57,965 nt of DNA, from positions 1 to 57,965 of the forward strand of contig CADAMY010000001.1 of the NCBI GenBank assembly GCA_902789095.1, given 5' to 3'. Origin of the DNA: Oscillospiraceae bacterium (lineage in GTDB: Bacteria; Bacillota; Clostridia; Oscillospirales; Acutalibacteraceae). Of the stretch, positions 9,974-18,560 are shown in pieces. Numbering within the stretch: position 1 is the stretch's first letter; every line of letters begins with the position of its first letter. The notes below the pieces were generated by a model that saw only the letters and a program-made list of their open reading frames with translations, did no database searches and was not told where the DNA came from. Position numbers and translations under genes: made by a program.

Positions 9974-11473
9974 TTACATATTTTTTAATTTTATTATATC
10001 TGTTTTTCCGTTGGGAAGTTTCGGAATAGCATCCAGTTTAATCATTTTTCTCGGAATCATAAATCCGGGAAGCGATTTTCTCATTTCTATAGCAATTTCT
10101 TTTGCAGTAGCTTCACCTGAATAATAAAGGATTATCAATTCTTTATCTTTATTATATACAACGCAGCATTCATCTACGCCTGCCAGCGTCATAGCAGTTC
10201 CTTCGACTTCATCAAGTTCAACTCTGTGACCTAAGAATTTGATCTGACGGTCCATTCTGCCGTGAAATTCAAGTATTCCGTCTTCACGAAGCAAGCCTAT
10301 ATCACCGGTACGGTAAATCAATTCACGGTAAGACTTGTTTACAGGATTCTGAATAAAGGATTTTTCGGTTTTTTCATGATCGTTATAATAACCGAGCGCC
10401 AATGCAGGTCCGCTGACGCATATTTCGCCTTTTTCACCTACGGCAGCGTATTCGTTATTTTCATTAAGTATAAATACTTTATAATCTTTATAAGGGTATC
10501 CTATAGGTAAAACATCGTCTTCGTTAACTTTATTTTCAACAACATAGTATGTGCACGAAGCAGTAGCTTCTGTCGGACCATACTGATTTACAAATACAGT
10601 TTCAGGTAAATTTTCCTGCCAGATTTTCAGCACTTTACAGGACATTACTGAGCCTGAAAAGCAAACTTTTTTCAGGTATTCAGGTTTACCGTGATCAAAT
10701 GCGTTAAGAGCAACAGGAACAGTCAGCGCTGATACGCTCCAGCCGACGGATGAAACCTTCTTTTCAGTCATATAATCAAACAGTAAAGCAGGGGATGAAA
10801 ACATTGATTTCGGAATTATAACCGTAGAGCATCCGTGCTTTACAGGAAGATATATATCTCTTATTGCTGCAATATAATCAAGCGGAGACTGATTGCCTAA
10901 AATATCGCTGCTGTCAATTTTCAAAACATCAGAATATGCGTCAATGTAGCACATCAATGAGTGATGTGATGTAATTACTCCTTTAGGACGACCGGTTGAA
11001 CCTGAAGTGAAAATAATATACAGCGGATCCGATTCATTAGAAAATCTTCTGATGCAATCAAGCTTTTTCTGATCGATTTCATGCTGATTTATGTTTTCTA
11101 TAACTTCGGTGCTGCACGAAAAACTAATTCTATCCAGCATCTTTAGATTCTGACTGTCAGTTAGAATAAGTGCAGGATCAAGAGTTTCAATGATCTGATT
11201 GATTCTTGCAACAGGCAGCGTTCCGTCGATAGGTGCATAAAAATTCCCGCTGTAAACAACACCGAGAAAAGCGCAGGGAGTATAACAATGCCTGCCTGAA
11301 ATAACTGCAATCGGTTTATTTATAATGTTTCGTTCGGCAATAGCTGTGCCGATAGATTTGGCTGTACTTATAACCTGATCAAACGAAATGCTGTTTTCAG
11401 TATCGCTGAAAGCAGTTTTTTCGCCGTATTTCAAAACTGTATTTTCAAGCCATTCAAGAACGTTGATCTGCAT
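9974..11473 (-). CDS. Amino-acid adenylating enzyme, DltA-like carrier-protein ligase
   Basis: ANL motifs IFTSGSTGRPKGV, QYGPTEAT, YRTGD and PNGKTD. Length (499 aa) and overall collinearity match DltA. Confidence 0.85.
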   Translation of the reverse strand: MQINVLEWLENTVLKYGEKTAFSDTENSISFDQVISTAKSIGTAIAERNIINKPIAVISGRHCYTPCAFLGVVYSGNFYAPIDGTLPVARINQIIETLDPALILTDSQNLKMLDRISFSCSTEVIENINQHEIDQKKLDCIRRFSNESDPLYIIFTSGSTGRPKGVITSHHSLMCYIDAYSDVLKIDSSDILGNQSPLDYIAAIRDIYLPVKHGCSTVIIPKSMFSSPALLFDYMTEKKVSSVGWSVSALTVPVALNAFDHGKPEYLKKVCFSGSVMSCKVLKIWQENLPETVFVNQYGPTEATASCTYYVVENKVNEDDVLPIGYPYKDYKVFILNENNEYAAVGEKGEICVSGPALALGYYNDHEKTEKSFIQNPVNKSYRELIYRTGDIGLLREDGILEFHGRMDRQIKFLGHRVELDEVEGTAMTLAGVDECCVVYNKDKELIILYYSGEATAKEIAIEMRKSLPGFMIPRKMIKLDAIPKLPNGKTDIIKLKNM

Positions 11474-11536
11474 TTTTTACCTCGTGTAATTAATAAATAT
11501 ATTAAGTAATTTTGTTTATTAAATTATATCTAAAAT

Positions 11537-11565
11537 ATTATAATATAAGCAGTAAGAAAAATCAA
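11537..11565 (-). promoter_or_regulatory. Sigma-A-type promoter of the dlt-like operon
   Basis: Minus strand reads TTGATT, 17-nt spacer, TATAAT. About 60 nt upstream of the 11473 start. Confidence 0.5.
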
Positions 11566-11578
11566 TGTTTCTTAAGAA

Positions 11579-12274
11579 TTAAAAATTAATAATTATATGA
11601 TTTTCCTGTAAATCTTCAGGTATAAAGCCGTTTTCGGCACTAAGCAAGAAAGCGGAATGATTTTTATCTTCAAAATTGCTGAAAACAGTATATTCGCCGT
11701 CGCATATATAAACAGCAATATCATCATCTATTCCTATTCCGTCAAGCTCCTGCATTTTAATATCTTCAAGAAAAGAAGGCCAATATTCAAAATGCGGACA
11801 GAGAATATAGGGGATAAGATTCAATCCGTCAAGGAACATGTATCTTCCGTCAGGACCGCAGTCGTCATAACCTCTTCTGCACCAGCACATAGCACCGGAG
11901 CTTTGACCGGCGAGGACGGTACCGTTATTATATGCTTCAATCATATATTTATCGGCGTTTCTTTTTCTCCATGTTTCAAGCAGAAATTTAAGATTACCGC
12001 CATCGGCATATATTAGGTCAGCAGACAACAAAGTATCTTTTATAAATTCATCACTAATAGAATCATCTGTAAGATACAATGAAATGCATTCTTTAAAACC
12101 GTGTTTGAGAGCGTAATTCCTGACAGTTTGTTCGTCACCGCGGCTGTCAAAACTTGCAGTAGGCAGAAATACCATTTTGTTTTTAACAGAAACTATTGAA
12201 AAAAGATTGTCTATGATTTGATCTGAATCACTTTCAAAATGAATATTACCGCTTGCTAAAAATAATTTGCCCAT
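11579..12274 (-). CDS. Peptidase S51 family (dipeptidase E-like)
   Basis: GGNLKFLL and GQSSGAM motifs characteristic of S51 / type 1 glutamine-amidotransferase-like peptidases. Confidence 0.7.
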   Translation of the reverse strand: MGKLFLASGNIHFESDSDQIIDNLFSIVSVKNKMVFLPTASFDSRGDEQTVRNYALKHGFKECISLYLTDDSISDEFIKDTLLSADLIYADGGNLKFLLETWRKRNADKYMIEAYNNGTVLAGQSSGAMCWCRRGYDDCGPDGRYMFLDGLNLIPYILCPHFEYWPSFLEDIKMQELDGIGIDDDIAVYICDGEYTVFSNFEDKNHSAFLLSAENGFIPEDLQENHIIINF

Positions 12275-12388
12275 ATATTATCCTCAATTCTTGCTGTAAG
12301 CATTAAAATTATACTACTGAAATTACATTATGTCAATCAATTTTTTAATATATTTAAAAAAATAATTTGCACAAAATATTGTATATAC

Positions 12389-12417
12389 TTGAAAGTTTAA
12401 TAACTATATGTTAAAAT
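12389..12417 (+). promoter_or_regulatory. Candidate sigma-A promoter for glyA
   Basis: TTGAAA, 17-nt spacer, TAAAAT. About 28 nt before the GGAGGTG RBS. Confidence 0.4.
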
Positions 12418-12444
12418 AATTATAATTTTCGGAGGTGCATATAA

Positions 12445-13692
12445 ATGGATTTAAACTCACTAAAAGTATTTGATATTATAAATGATGAACAGAAAAGGCA
12501 GAAAAATTATATTGAGCTTATCGCAAGCGAAAATTTTGTATCTGAAAACGTTTTAAAGGCTGCCGGATCTGTGCTTACAAATAAATATGCAGAAGGTTAT
12601 CCCGAAAGGGAATCTGTTGAAAAATTTATTAAGGAGTTTCCTGATTACGTTCACAGCGGCAGCGTAGGCAGATATTACGGAGGATGCGAAAATATCGACA
12701 GGCTTGAGCTTTTTGCAAGATATATGTTTCAAAAGGTTTTTAATACGGATTATCACGTTAACGTTCAGCCGCACAGCGGATCATCAGCTAATCAGGCGGC
12801 ATATATGTCCGTTCTCGAATCAGGTGATACGATCCTTTCCATGAGTCTTGAAAACGGTGCTCATCTGACGCACGGATCGCCAGTAAATTTTTCAGGCAAA
12901 CAGTATAATATGGTGTTTTATAACGTTGATTCTGATGGATTTATTGATTATGACGATATTGAGCGCAAAATTAAAGAATATTCGCCGAAACTTGTGCTTG
13001 CTGGAGCTTCGGCATATTCGAGGATAATTGATTTTAAAAGAATCAGAGATATGATAGATTCTTGTGAAAATAAGCCATATTTTATGGTTGATATGGCTCA
13101 TATTGCAGGTCTTGTTGCTGCCGGGGATCATCCTTCGCCTTTTGGTTTAGCAGATATTATAACTACAACAACTCACAAAACGTTGAGAGGCGCAAGGGGC
13201 GGACTTATTTTCTGCATAAGAGAGCTTGCCAAAAAAGTTGACAGAGCGGTTTTTCCCGGCTGTCAGGGCGGGGGACTTCAGCATATCGTAGCTGCAAAAG
13301 CTGTTGCCGCCTGTGAAGCGCTCAGCGATGAATATAAAAATTATATCCATCAGGTAGTCAAAAATTCTCACGCTATGTGTGAGGAATTCAAAAAGCTCGG
13401 CTATGATATTGTTACCGGCGGAACCGACAATCATCTTTTTCTGATTGATTTTTCAAAAACGCATCCGCTAATTACCGGCAAAGAAATACAGAATCTGCTT
13501 GATGAACATGGAATAACGCTGAATAAAAACTGTGTTCCGAATGAAAAGAGAAGTCCGCAGGAAACCAGCGGTGTCAGAATAGGCACGGCGGCTATGACAA
13601 CGAAAGGCTTTAAAGAAAAGGACTTTATTGAAACAGCGGATAAAATCAATTTGATAATAAATGAATATTATAAAAATAAAATCGAGGGTTGA
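12445..13692 (+). CDS. glyA: Serine hydroxymethyltransferase (carries an unusual ~20-aa insertion)
   Basis: ELIASENF, TNKYAEGYP, RYYGGCE, VQPHSGS, TTTTHKTLRGARGG. Confidence 0.95.
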   Translation: MDLNSLKVFDIINDEQKRQKNYIELIASENFVSENVLKAAGSVLTNKYAEGYPERESVEKFIKEFPDYVHSGSVGRYYGGCENIDRLELFARYMFQKVFNTDYHVNVQPHSGSSANQAAYMSVLESGDTILSMSLENGAHLTHGSPVNFSGKQYNMVFYNVDSDGFIDYDDIERKIKEYSPKLVLAGASAYSRIIDFKRIRDMIDSCENKPYFMVDMAHIAGLVAAGDHPSPFGLADIITTTTHKTLRGARGGLIFCIRELAKKVDRAVFPGCQGGGLQHIVAAKAVAACEALSDEYKNYIHQVVKNSHAMCEEFKKLGYDIVTGGTDNHLFLIDFSKTHPLITGKEIQNLLDEHGITLNKNCVPNEKRSPQETSGVRIGTAAMTTKGFKEKDFIETADKINLIINEYYKNKIEG

Positions 13693-13696
13693 TTAT

Positions 13697-15961
13697 ATGA
13701 AATTATTTAAAACACTTATTTCAACGATTCTTATAATATCCTTGATTTCGGTTTTTATTTTTCCAGTAATTGCTATGGAACAAAAAGAAAACTACGGCTT
13801 ATATAATGTTTATACAGACAATATGCTTTTTAAACAGAATTCAGAAGGAATATTAGCAGGGAGAAGTAAAGCGGGAAGTATTGTTACGGCTGTTTTGTAC
13901 GATAAATCCAATAACATTGTTTTATCATCTAAGGCTCAGAGCGACAGAAGCTCTCGTTTCAGGATTTCTTTCAGGACTCCCGACGGCTCTTTTGAAAATT
14001 ATAAAATAGTGATTTATTCTGAAGATAACGTTATCGATTCAATCGCAGATATAGTTTTCGGCGAGCTTTGGCTTGCCGGAGGTCAGTCAAATATGATGTT
14101 TCCTCTTGGCGGGGCTGAAATTGGTGAAGATATGCAGGAAAAGAAAATTACCGGAAGCGAATGGATAAGATTCTTATCTACACCCGCTATTCCTGAGTAT
14201 AACGGCAGTTCGGATAATTGTCCGTTGTATCCACTTGAAGAAATAAAAGATTGTTTCTGGCATAAAGCAAATGATGAAAAGATTTACGGCAACTCGGCTG
14301 TCGGTTATTTCTTTGCTGAAAGCCTGCTAAAAAAGCTCAACGTGCCGATAGGCATTCTTGATTCAAATCTCGGAGGAAGCAGTATTGCCTCTTGGCTCTC
14401 AAGAGACGCTATTGATTCAGACAGCAGCGTTAAAAATGATCTATTAAATGCAGGCGAATATTTTGACGCTGAAAACTGGAGTGAGACAGGGCACGATCCT
14501 TATCGTGATATGACGGTTAATTTCAATAAAAAAATCTATCCTTTAAGAAATTTCAGATTATCGGGTATTATTTGGTATCAGGGTGAAACAGATTTCATTT
14601 ATCAATGGAGTGAAGAAAGATACGCCCGTTCACTTGCTCTTTTGCAGAAGTCATATTCGGATTTATTCAATAGCAGCGGTTCTTTACCATTGATTGTAAC
14701 TCAGTTAGCGCCGCATAGTTATGCAAGAATGCACGAATTAGCTGAATGGAACGCAGCATTATGTGAATTTCAGTCCGAATCGCCGCGATCAAGGGCTGTA
14801 ATTACTAATTATGACGTTGATCTTGATTATGATGAAAGCGTTGGTTCAATTCATCCATCTCATAAGTATGAAATAGGATGCAGATTTGCAGAAGCTGCCG
14901 ACAGAATGCTTTATAATAAAGAAAATAATTATACCGCAGCATACTATGAAAGCAGTCATACCGAGAATAACGATATAATTATTAAACTGAAAAACACAGG
15001 CAGCGGATTGGTTATCAATGGCAAAGATTGCATCGGATTTTCTATAAGTGACGAAAACGGAGTTTTCATTAAAGCAAAAGCTGAAATCATCAGCAAAGAC
15101 TGCGTCAGAGTCTATTCAGATAACATTAAAAATCCTGTTGCCGCAGCATACGCATATTGTGAAAATAATCATTATTCAAACCTATTCTCGACTGATGAAA
15201 ACGGTTTATATATGCCTGTTTCACCGTTTATTACCGATAAAGAAATATTAAACGTCAGTTGGGGAGGGAATGAATGGACTGATTGTGAATCTGATTCAAT
15301 ATGGCATCTCGGTAATGACGCAGCATATTATGATACTTGGAACAGCAGAAATGCAGATATTTCTTTTGATTCAGACAGCGCATTTTCCGGTGAGAGGGGA
15401 CTTCACGTTGTATCTGATAAAAAGATTTTTACATCGTTTTCCGTGAATCCGGTTTTATACAGAAAATATCATAATAAAAAGACGTCATTCGGCGAATGGA
15501 ACAATGACTGGAGCGATTACGCTTCTTTATCTTTTATGATAAAAAATAACGGAAAGAAAGATATTATTCTTAAACGTGCCGTTATTGACAATAAAGGCAT
15601 AGGCATTTTCAGCCCTGCAATAAACGGAACAACTTCTGTATCGCAAACAATTCCTGCTGACGACAGCTGGCATAAAATTACATTGAATTTAAACAGACTC
15701 TATCTTTTCTCAAATGAAGCTTCAGCTTACTATTCCAACAAAAAGATAGATAACGTAATTAACTTCATACTTGAATTTGACGGAAAAAATCCCGATATAA
15801 GTATTGATGATTTTAATTTTGATTCCGAGGAGTTTGATAAAGACGAAAGGGTTACGTTCAGCGCAGATTATAAAAATGTGAAAGGTATATTTACTTTATT
15901 TACTGCTCTTATTACCAATTTAATCGGTCTGTTTGTTAAACAATCATTTCCAAAAGTATAA
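13697..15961 (+). CDS. Sialate O-acetylesterase-family (SASA/SGNH) secreted protein with C-terminal extension and hydrophobic tail
   Basis: Start set to the ATG at 13697, after the glyA stop. Signal/anchor sequence. GELWLAGGQSNM and WYQGETD motifs. Confidence 0.7.
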   Translation: MKLFKTLISTILIISLISVFIFPVIAMEQKENYGLYNVYTDNMLFKQNSEGILAGRSKAGSIVTAVLYDKSNNIVLSSKAQSDRSSRFRISFRTPDGSFENYKIVIYSEDNVIDSIADIVFGELWLAGGQSNMMFPLGGAEIGEDMQEKKITGSEWIRFLSTPAIPEYNGSSDNCPLYPLEEIKDCFWHKANDEKIYGNSAVGYFFAESLLKKLNVPIGILDSNLGGSSIASWLSRDAIDSDSSVKNDLLNAGEYFDAENWSETGHDPYRDMTVNFNKKIYPLRNFRLSGIIWYQGETDFIYQWSEERYARSLALLQKSYSDLFNSSGSLPLIVTQLAPHSYARMHELAEWNAALCEFQSESPRSRAVITNYDVDLDYDESVGSIHPSHKYEIGCRFAEAADRMLYNKENNYTAAYYESSHTENNDIIIKLKNTGSGLVINGKDCIGFSISDENGVFIKAKAEIISKDCVRVYSDNIKNPVAAAYAYCENNHYSNLFSTDENGLYMPVSPFITDKEILNVSWGGNEWTDCESDSIWHLGNDAAYYDTWNSRNADISFDSDSAFSGERGLHVVSDKKIFTSFSVNPVLYRKYHNKKTSFGEWNNDWSDYASLSFMIKNNGKKDIILKRAVIDNKGIGIFSPAINGTTSVSQTIPADDSWHKITLNLNRLYLFSNEASAYYSNKKIDNVINFILEFDGKNPDISIDDFNFDSEEFDKDERVTFSADYKNVKGIFTLFTALITNLIGLFVKQSFPKV

Positions 15962-15990
15962 AAACCTTGCTGTAAAAGGCAAGGTTTTTG
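15961..15990 (+). terminator. Rho-independent terminator
   Basis: Stem AACCTTGC/GCAAGGTT followed by a T-run. Confidence 0.7.
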
Positions 15991-16046
15991 CATTTTATAA
16001 AGCTTGTCTGCATATTATTAAACAAATAATACAAAGGAGCTTTAAA

Positions 16047-16673
16047 ATGAAGACTAAGACATTAAATTTTCATCAGCTAAACAAAAGAATCAAACCAATT
16101 AAATCAGATTGGATAATTATTGTTCTGATTATATTATTTTTTGCAGGACTTATAATCGGTGCTTATATGATAAAAAACGGCGAAAACAATTTTACTTCCG
16201 GAATTGTAAAATCATATTCCTCATTTACTGATCTGTCAAACTCAAAATCATTCACAATTTTGTTTTTTAAACTTTTCAGTATAGGATCGGGTATAATTCT
16301 TCTTATGTATTTCACAGGACTCTGCGCTCTCGGAATACCGTTTGTCAGTCTTATCCCGTTTTCAGCAGGTCTGTTTATAGGGATTATTTCCGGCTTTTAC
16401 TATAAACACTATATGCTAAAAGGGTTAGGCTATTGTATGATTATAATATTTCCGTCAATGATTCTGTTCTGTGCTTCGATGCTCATAGCCTGCAAGGGGA
16501 GTATAAAAATGTCCCGCAATATGCTGAATCTGTTATCTATGAGGCATTCTCAGACGCAGGAATCATTTAAATCATACACGGTCAATTATCTTATACTTAT
16601 TTTAATTACAGCAATGAGTTGTCTTGTTTATACAGTGCTTACAAAATTATTCTCCGGCATCTTCGGTTTCTGA
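16047..16673 (+). CDS. spoIIM: Polytopic membrane protein, probably stage II sporulation protein M
   Basis: Start set to the ATG at 16047 (AAAGGAG RBS). About 5 TM segments and ~208 aa. Position beside a Xer recombinase recalls the spoIIM / xerD (ripX) neighbourhood as I recall it from Bacillus subtilis. The call is by architecture only. Confidence 0.45.
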   Translation: MKTKTLNFHQLNKRIKPIKSDWIIIVLIILFFAGLIIGAYMIKNGENNFTSGIVKSYSSFTDLSNSKSFTILFFKLFSIGSGIILLMYFTGLCALGIPFVSLIPFSAGLFIGIISGFYYKHYMLKGLGYCMIIIFPSMILFCASMLIACKGSIKMSRNMLNLLSMRHSQTQESFKSYTVNYLILILITAMSCLVYTVLTKLFSGIFGF

Positions 16674-17645
16674 TTTTGCTGATGGAATATTCAGAGGATT
16701 GTTTTCAACTGCAGCTCTAAGCTGTTCGTTTTGAATATGTGTATATATCTGAGTCGTTGCAAGGCTTTCGTGACCGAGCATTTCTTTTAACAGCATTACG
16801 TCTGTACCGCCGTGCTGATACATAAGAGTAGCGGCGGTATGCCTTAATTTATGGGTTGAAAGACCTTTTCCGCCGAGTCCTGATTTTTCAAGTAAAGTAT
16901 AAACAATGTGCTGCACAGTTTTAGGGCTTATTCTGTTTTTATTTCTCGAAATAAATAAGGCGTTTTTATTTTTTAACGAAATACCTTCAGTCGGTCTTAT
17001 TTTTAAATATTCGTTTATTGCATAAACACAGGTATCGTTAAGATAAATCATTCGCTGCTTATTTCCTTTACCGGTAACGATCATAGTTTTTTCTTTTAGG
17101 TTTATATCATTTAAATTTAAAGAAACCAGCTCGGATAAACGAAGACCGCAATTGAGAAAAAGGGTAATGATACAATAATCTCTTTGCCTGTTATTGCCGT
17201 CGATGTGCCTTAAAAGGTCAAGGCTTTCGTCAAGCGTAAGATATTTCGGTAAAGATTTTTTTAATTTAGGCGAATCAAGATGCTCCATAGGATCGGAATC
17301 AAGCCGTTTTTCAGTAAATGCAAGCCATTTATAAAAAGTTCTGATAGATGAAATCTTTCTTGATCGAGTATTTTCGTTGTTATTACGCTCATCTTTGCAG
17401 AATGAAAGGAACGCATAAACCGTATCGTCATTGGCTTTGAGAATAAGATTTTCGTCATAATCGCTAACAGGAATTTTTTCAAATTCTGTATCAGGGTAAT
17501 CATCCAAAATCATAAATCTTAAAAAAGAACGGATGTCGGATACGTATTCAAGCGCAGTCAGCTTCGATTTGTTTTTGACAGCGGATTGATAATTATAAAA
17601 TCTCTGAACGAGCTCAGGCATCTCTTTGATTTCTTCTTTTTTCAT
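16647..17645 (-). CDS. Tyrosine recombinase, XerC/XerD family
   Basis: HKLRHTAAT and LGHESLATTQIYTH catalytic motifs. N-terminal SAM-like core-binding domain. Confidence 0.85.
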   Translation of the reverse strand: MKKEEIKEMPELVQRFYNYQSAVKNKSKLTALEYVSDIRSFLRFMILDDYPDTEFEKIPVSDYDENLILKANDDTVYAFLSFCKDERNNNENTRSRKISSIRTFYKWLAFTEKRLDSDPMEHLDSPKLKKSLPKYLTLDESLDLLRHIDGNNRQRDYCIITLFLNCGLRLSELVSLNLNDINLKEKTMIVTGKGNKQRMIYLNDTCVYAINEYLKIRPTEGISLKNKNALFISRNKNRISPKTVQHIVYTLLEKSGLGGKGLSTHKLRHTAATLMYQHGGTDVMLLKEMLGHESLATTQIYTHIQNEQLRAAVENNPLNIPSAKSETEDAGE

Positions 17646-17692
17646 AACGTACCTCCGGGAAGCAGGGTAAATCTATTATATCACAGCGATAA

Positions 17693-17739
17693 TAAAAAAT
17701 CAACTCAATTATACAAAATCAATATTTTGTATAATTGAG
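17693..17739 (-). terminator. Terminator after the radA operon
   Basis: Perfect 16-bp AT-rich stem CTCAATTATACAAAAT/ATTTTGTATAATTGAG with 4-nt loop. T6 follows on the minus strand. Confidence 0.6.
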
Positions 17740-17792
17740 GGGATAGAAAATGATGAAAATATCTGTATTATACCTTAAAACTACGGATGAAC

Positions 17793-18542
17793 TCAAACTT
17801 CATAAGTCAGCGGAATAATACTGCCAACATCATATAAAGCCTTGTTTGTGATAATTTCTGCTTTAACGTTATATATAGACAGAAAGTCAATTATTTTATT
17901 ACAGTCACTATGATAGTTTATATCTCCGTTGAATAACAGAACGTTTTTATCAATGAGACCTGTGCATCCTCCGATAAATCCGTAATCGTATCCTTTTAAT
18001 TTTACCGAACCTTTACTGACTAATAAAGCGTCAAATCCGTTATCAACAGCGGCATTATAAATAGATGTATCATCAGTAATAAATGCGTTATCTGTTACCG
18101 GACATATTGCGCACTTGATATATCCCTGATTAACTTTTATTGGTTTTACGGAATTATTCAAGTAATAGTCAATTATTTTATTATCGGTTGTTTTTTCGTT
18201 ATAAAAAAAAGATTTTCCGAGAGCCAAAGTATTTAATCTGCAGTCAAACGGATATGGTGATCCTATTGTTTCATTATAAACATTAAACCCATACCCTATT
18301 GTTAAAAATTTAACAAAATTATCATACTGACTTTTATCCGCTGTTATCGTTTTATTATTAATATATAAAAGCATATCAGTATGATCTGATACAGGATTAT
18401 CAAGATTTTTTGAAGGAACAGTTATAATCGGCTGAATATTAAGCTGTTCCAGTTTTATTATAAGTTCTTTATCTTTTCCGCTGACAGCAGCGTGGCGAAC
18501 TTTTCCGCCGGGAAAAAATGGCTTTTCCAAAGGAGAAATCAC
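17793..18542 (-). CDS. Conserved hypothetical protein co-transcribed with radA (possibly amidinotransferase/GME-fold-like)
   Basis: 249-codon ORF with GTG start, 18 nt after the radA stop. Contains a GGCTG cysteine motif. No confident family assignment. Confidence 0.45.
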   Translation of the reverse strand: MISPLEKPFFPGGKVRHAAVSGKDKELIIKLEQLNIQPIITVPSKNLDNPVSDHTDMLLYINNKTITADKSQYDNFVKFLTIGYGFNVYNETIGSPYPFDCRLNTLALGKSFFYNEKTTDNKIIDYYLNNSVKPIKVNQGYIKCAICPVTDNAFITDDTSIYNAAVDNGFDALLVSKGSVKLKGYDYGFIGGCTGLIDKNVLLFNGDINYHSDCNKIIDFLSIYNVKAEIITNKALYDVGSIIPLTYEV

Positions 18543-18560
18543 ATAAATGCCCTCCCCTGC

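Noticed and set aside
16647-17645. Xer-family recombinase as the integrase of a mobile island
   Set aside because: It sits in a housekeeping context (spoIIM-like gene, radA operon). No flanking direct repeats, tRNA-adjacent att site or cargo genes are visible. This is most simply the chromosomal XerC/D-type dimer resolvase.
17750-17818. 22-codon plus-strand ORF with a GAGGGGA SD upstream of the ATG
   Set aside because: The SD is part of the right arm of the 16-bp terminator hairpin. The ORF runs antisense into the 3' end of the 17793..18542 gene. Likely fortuitous.
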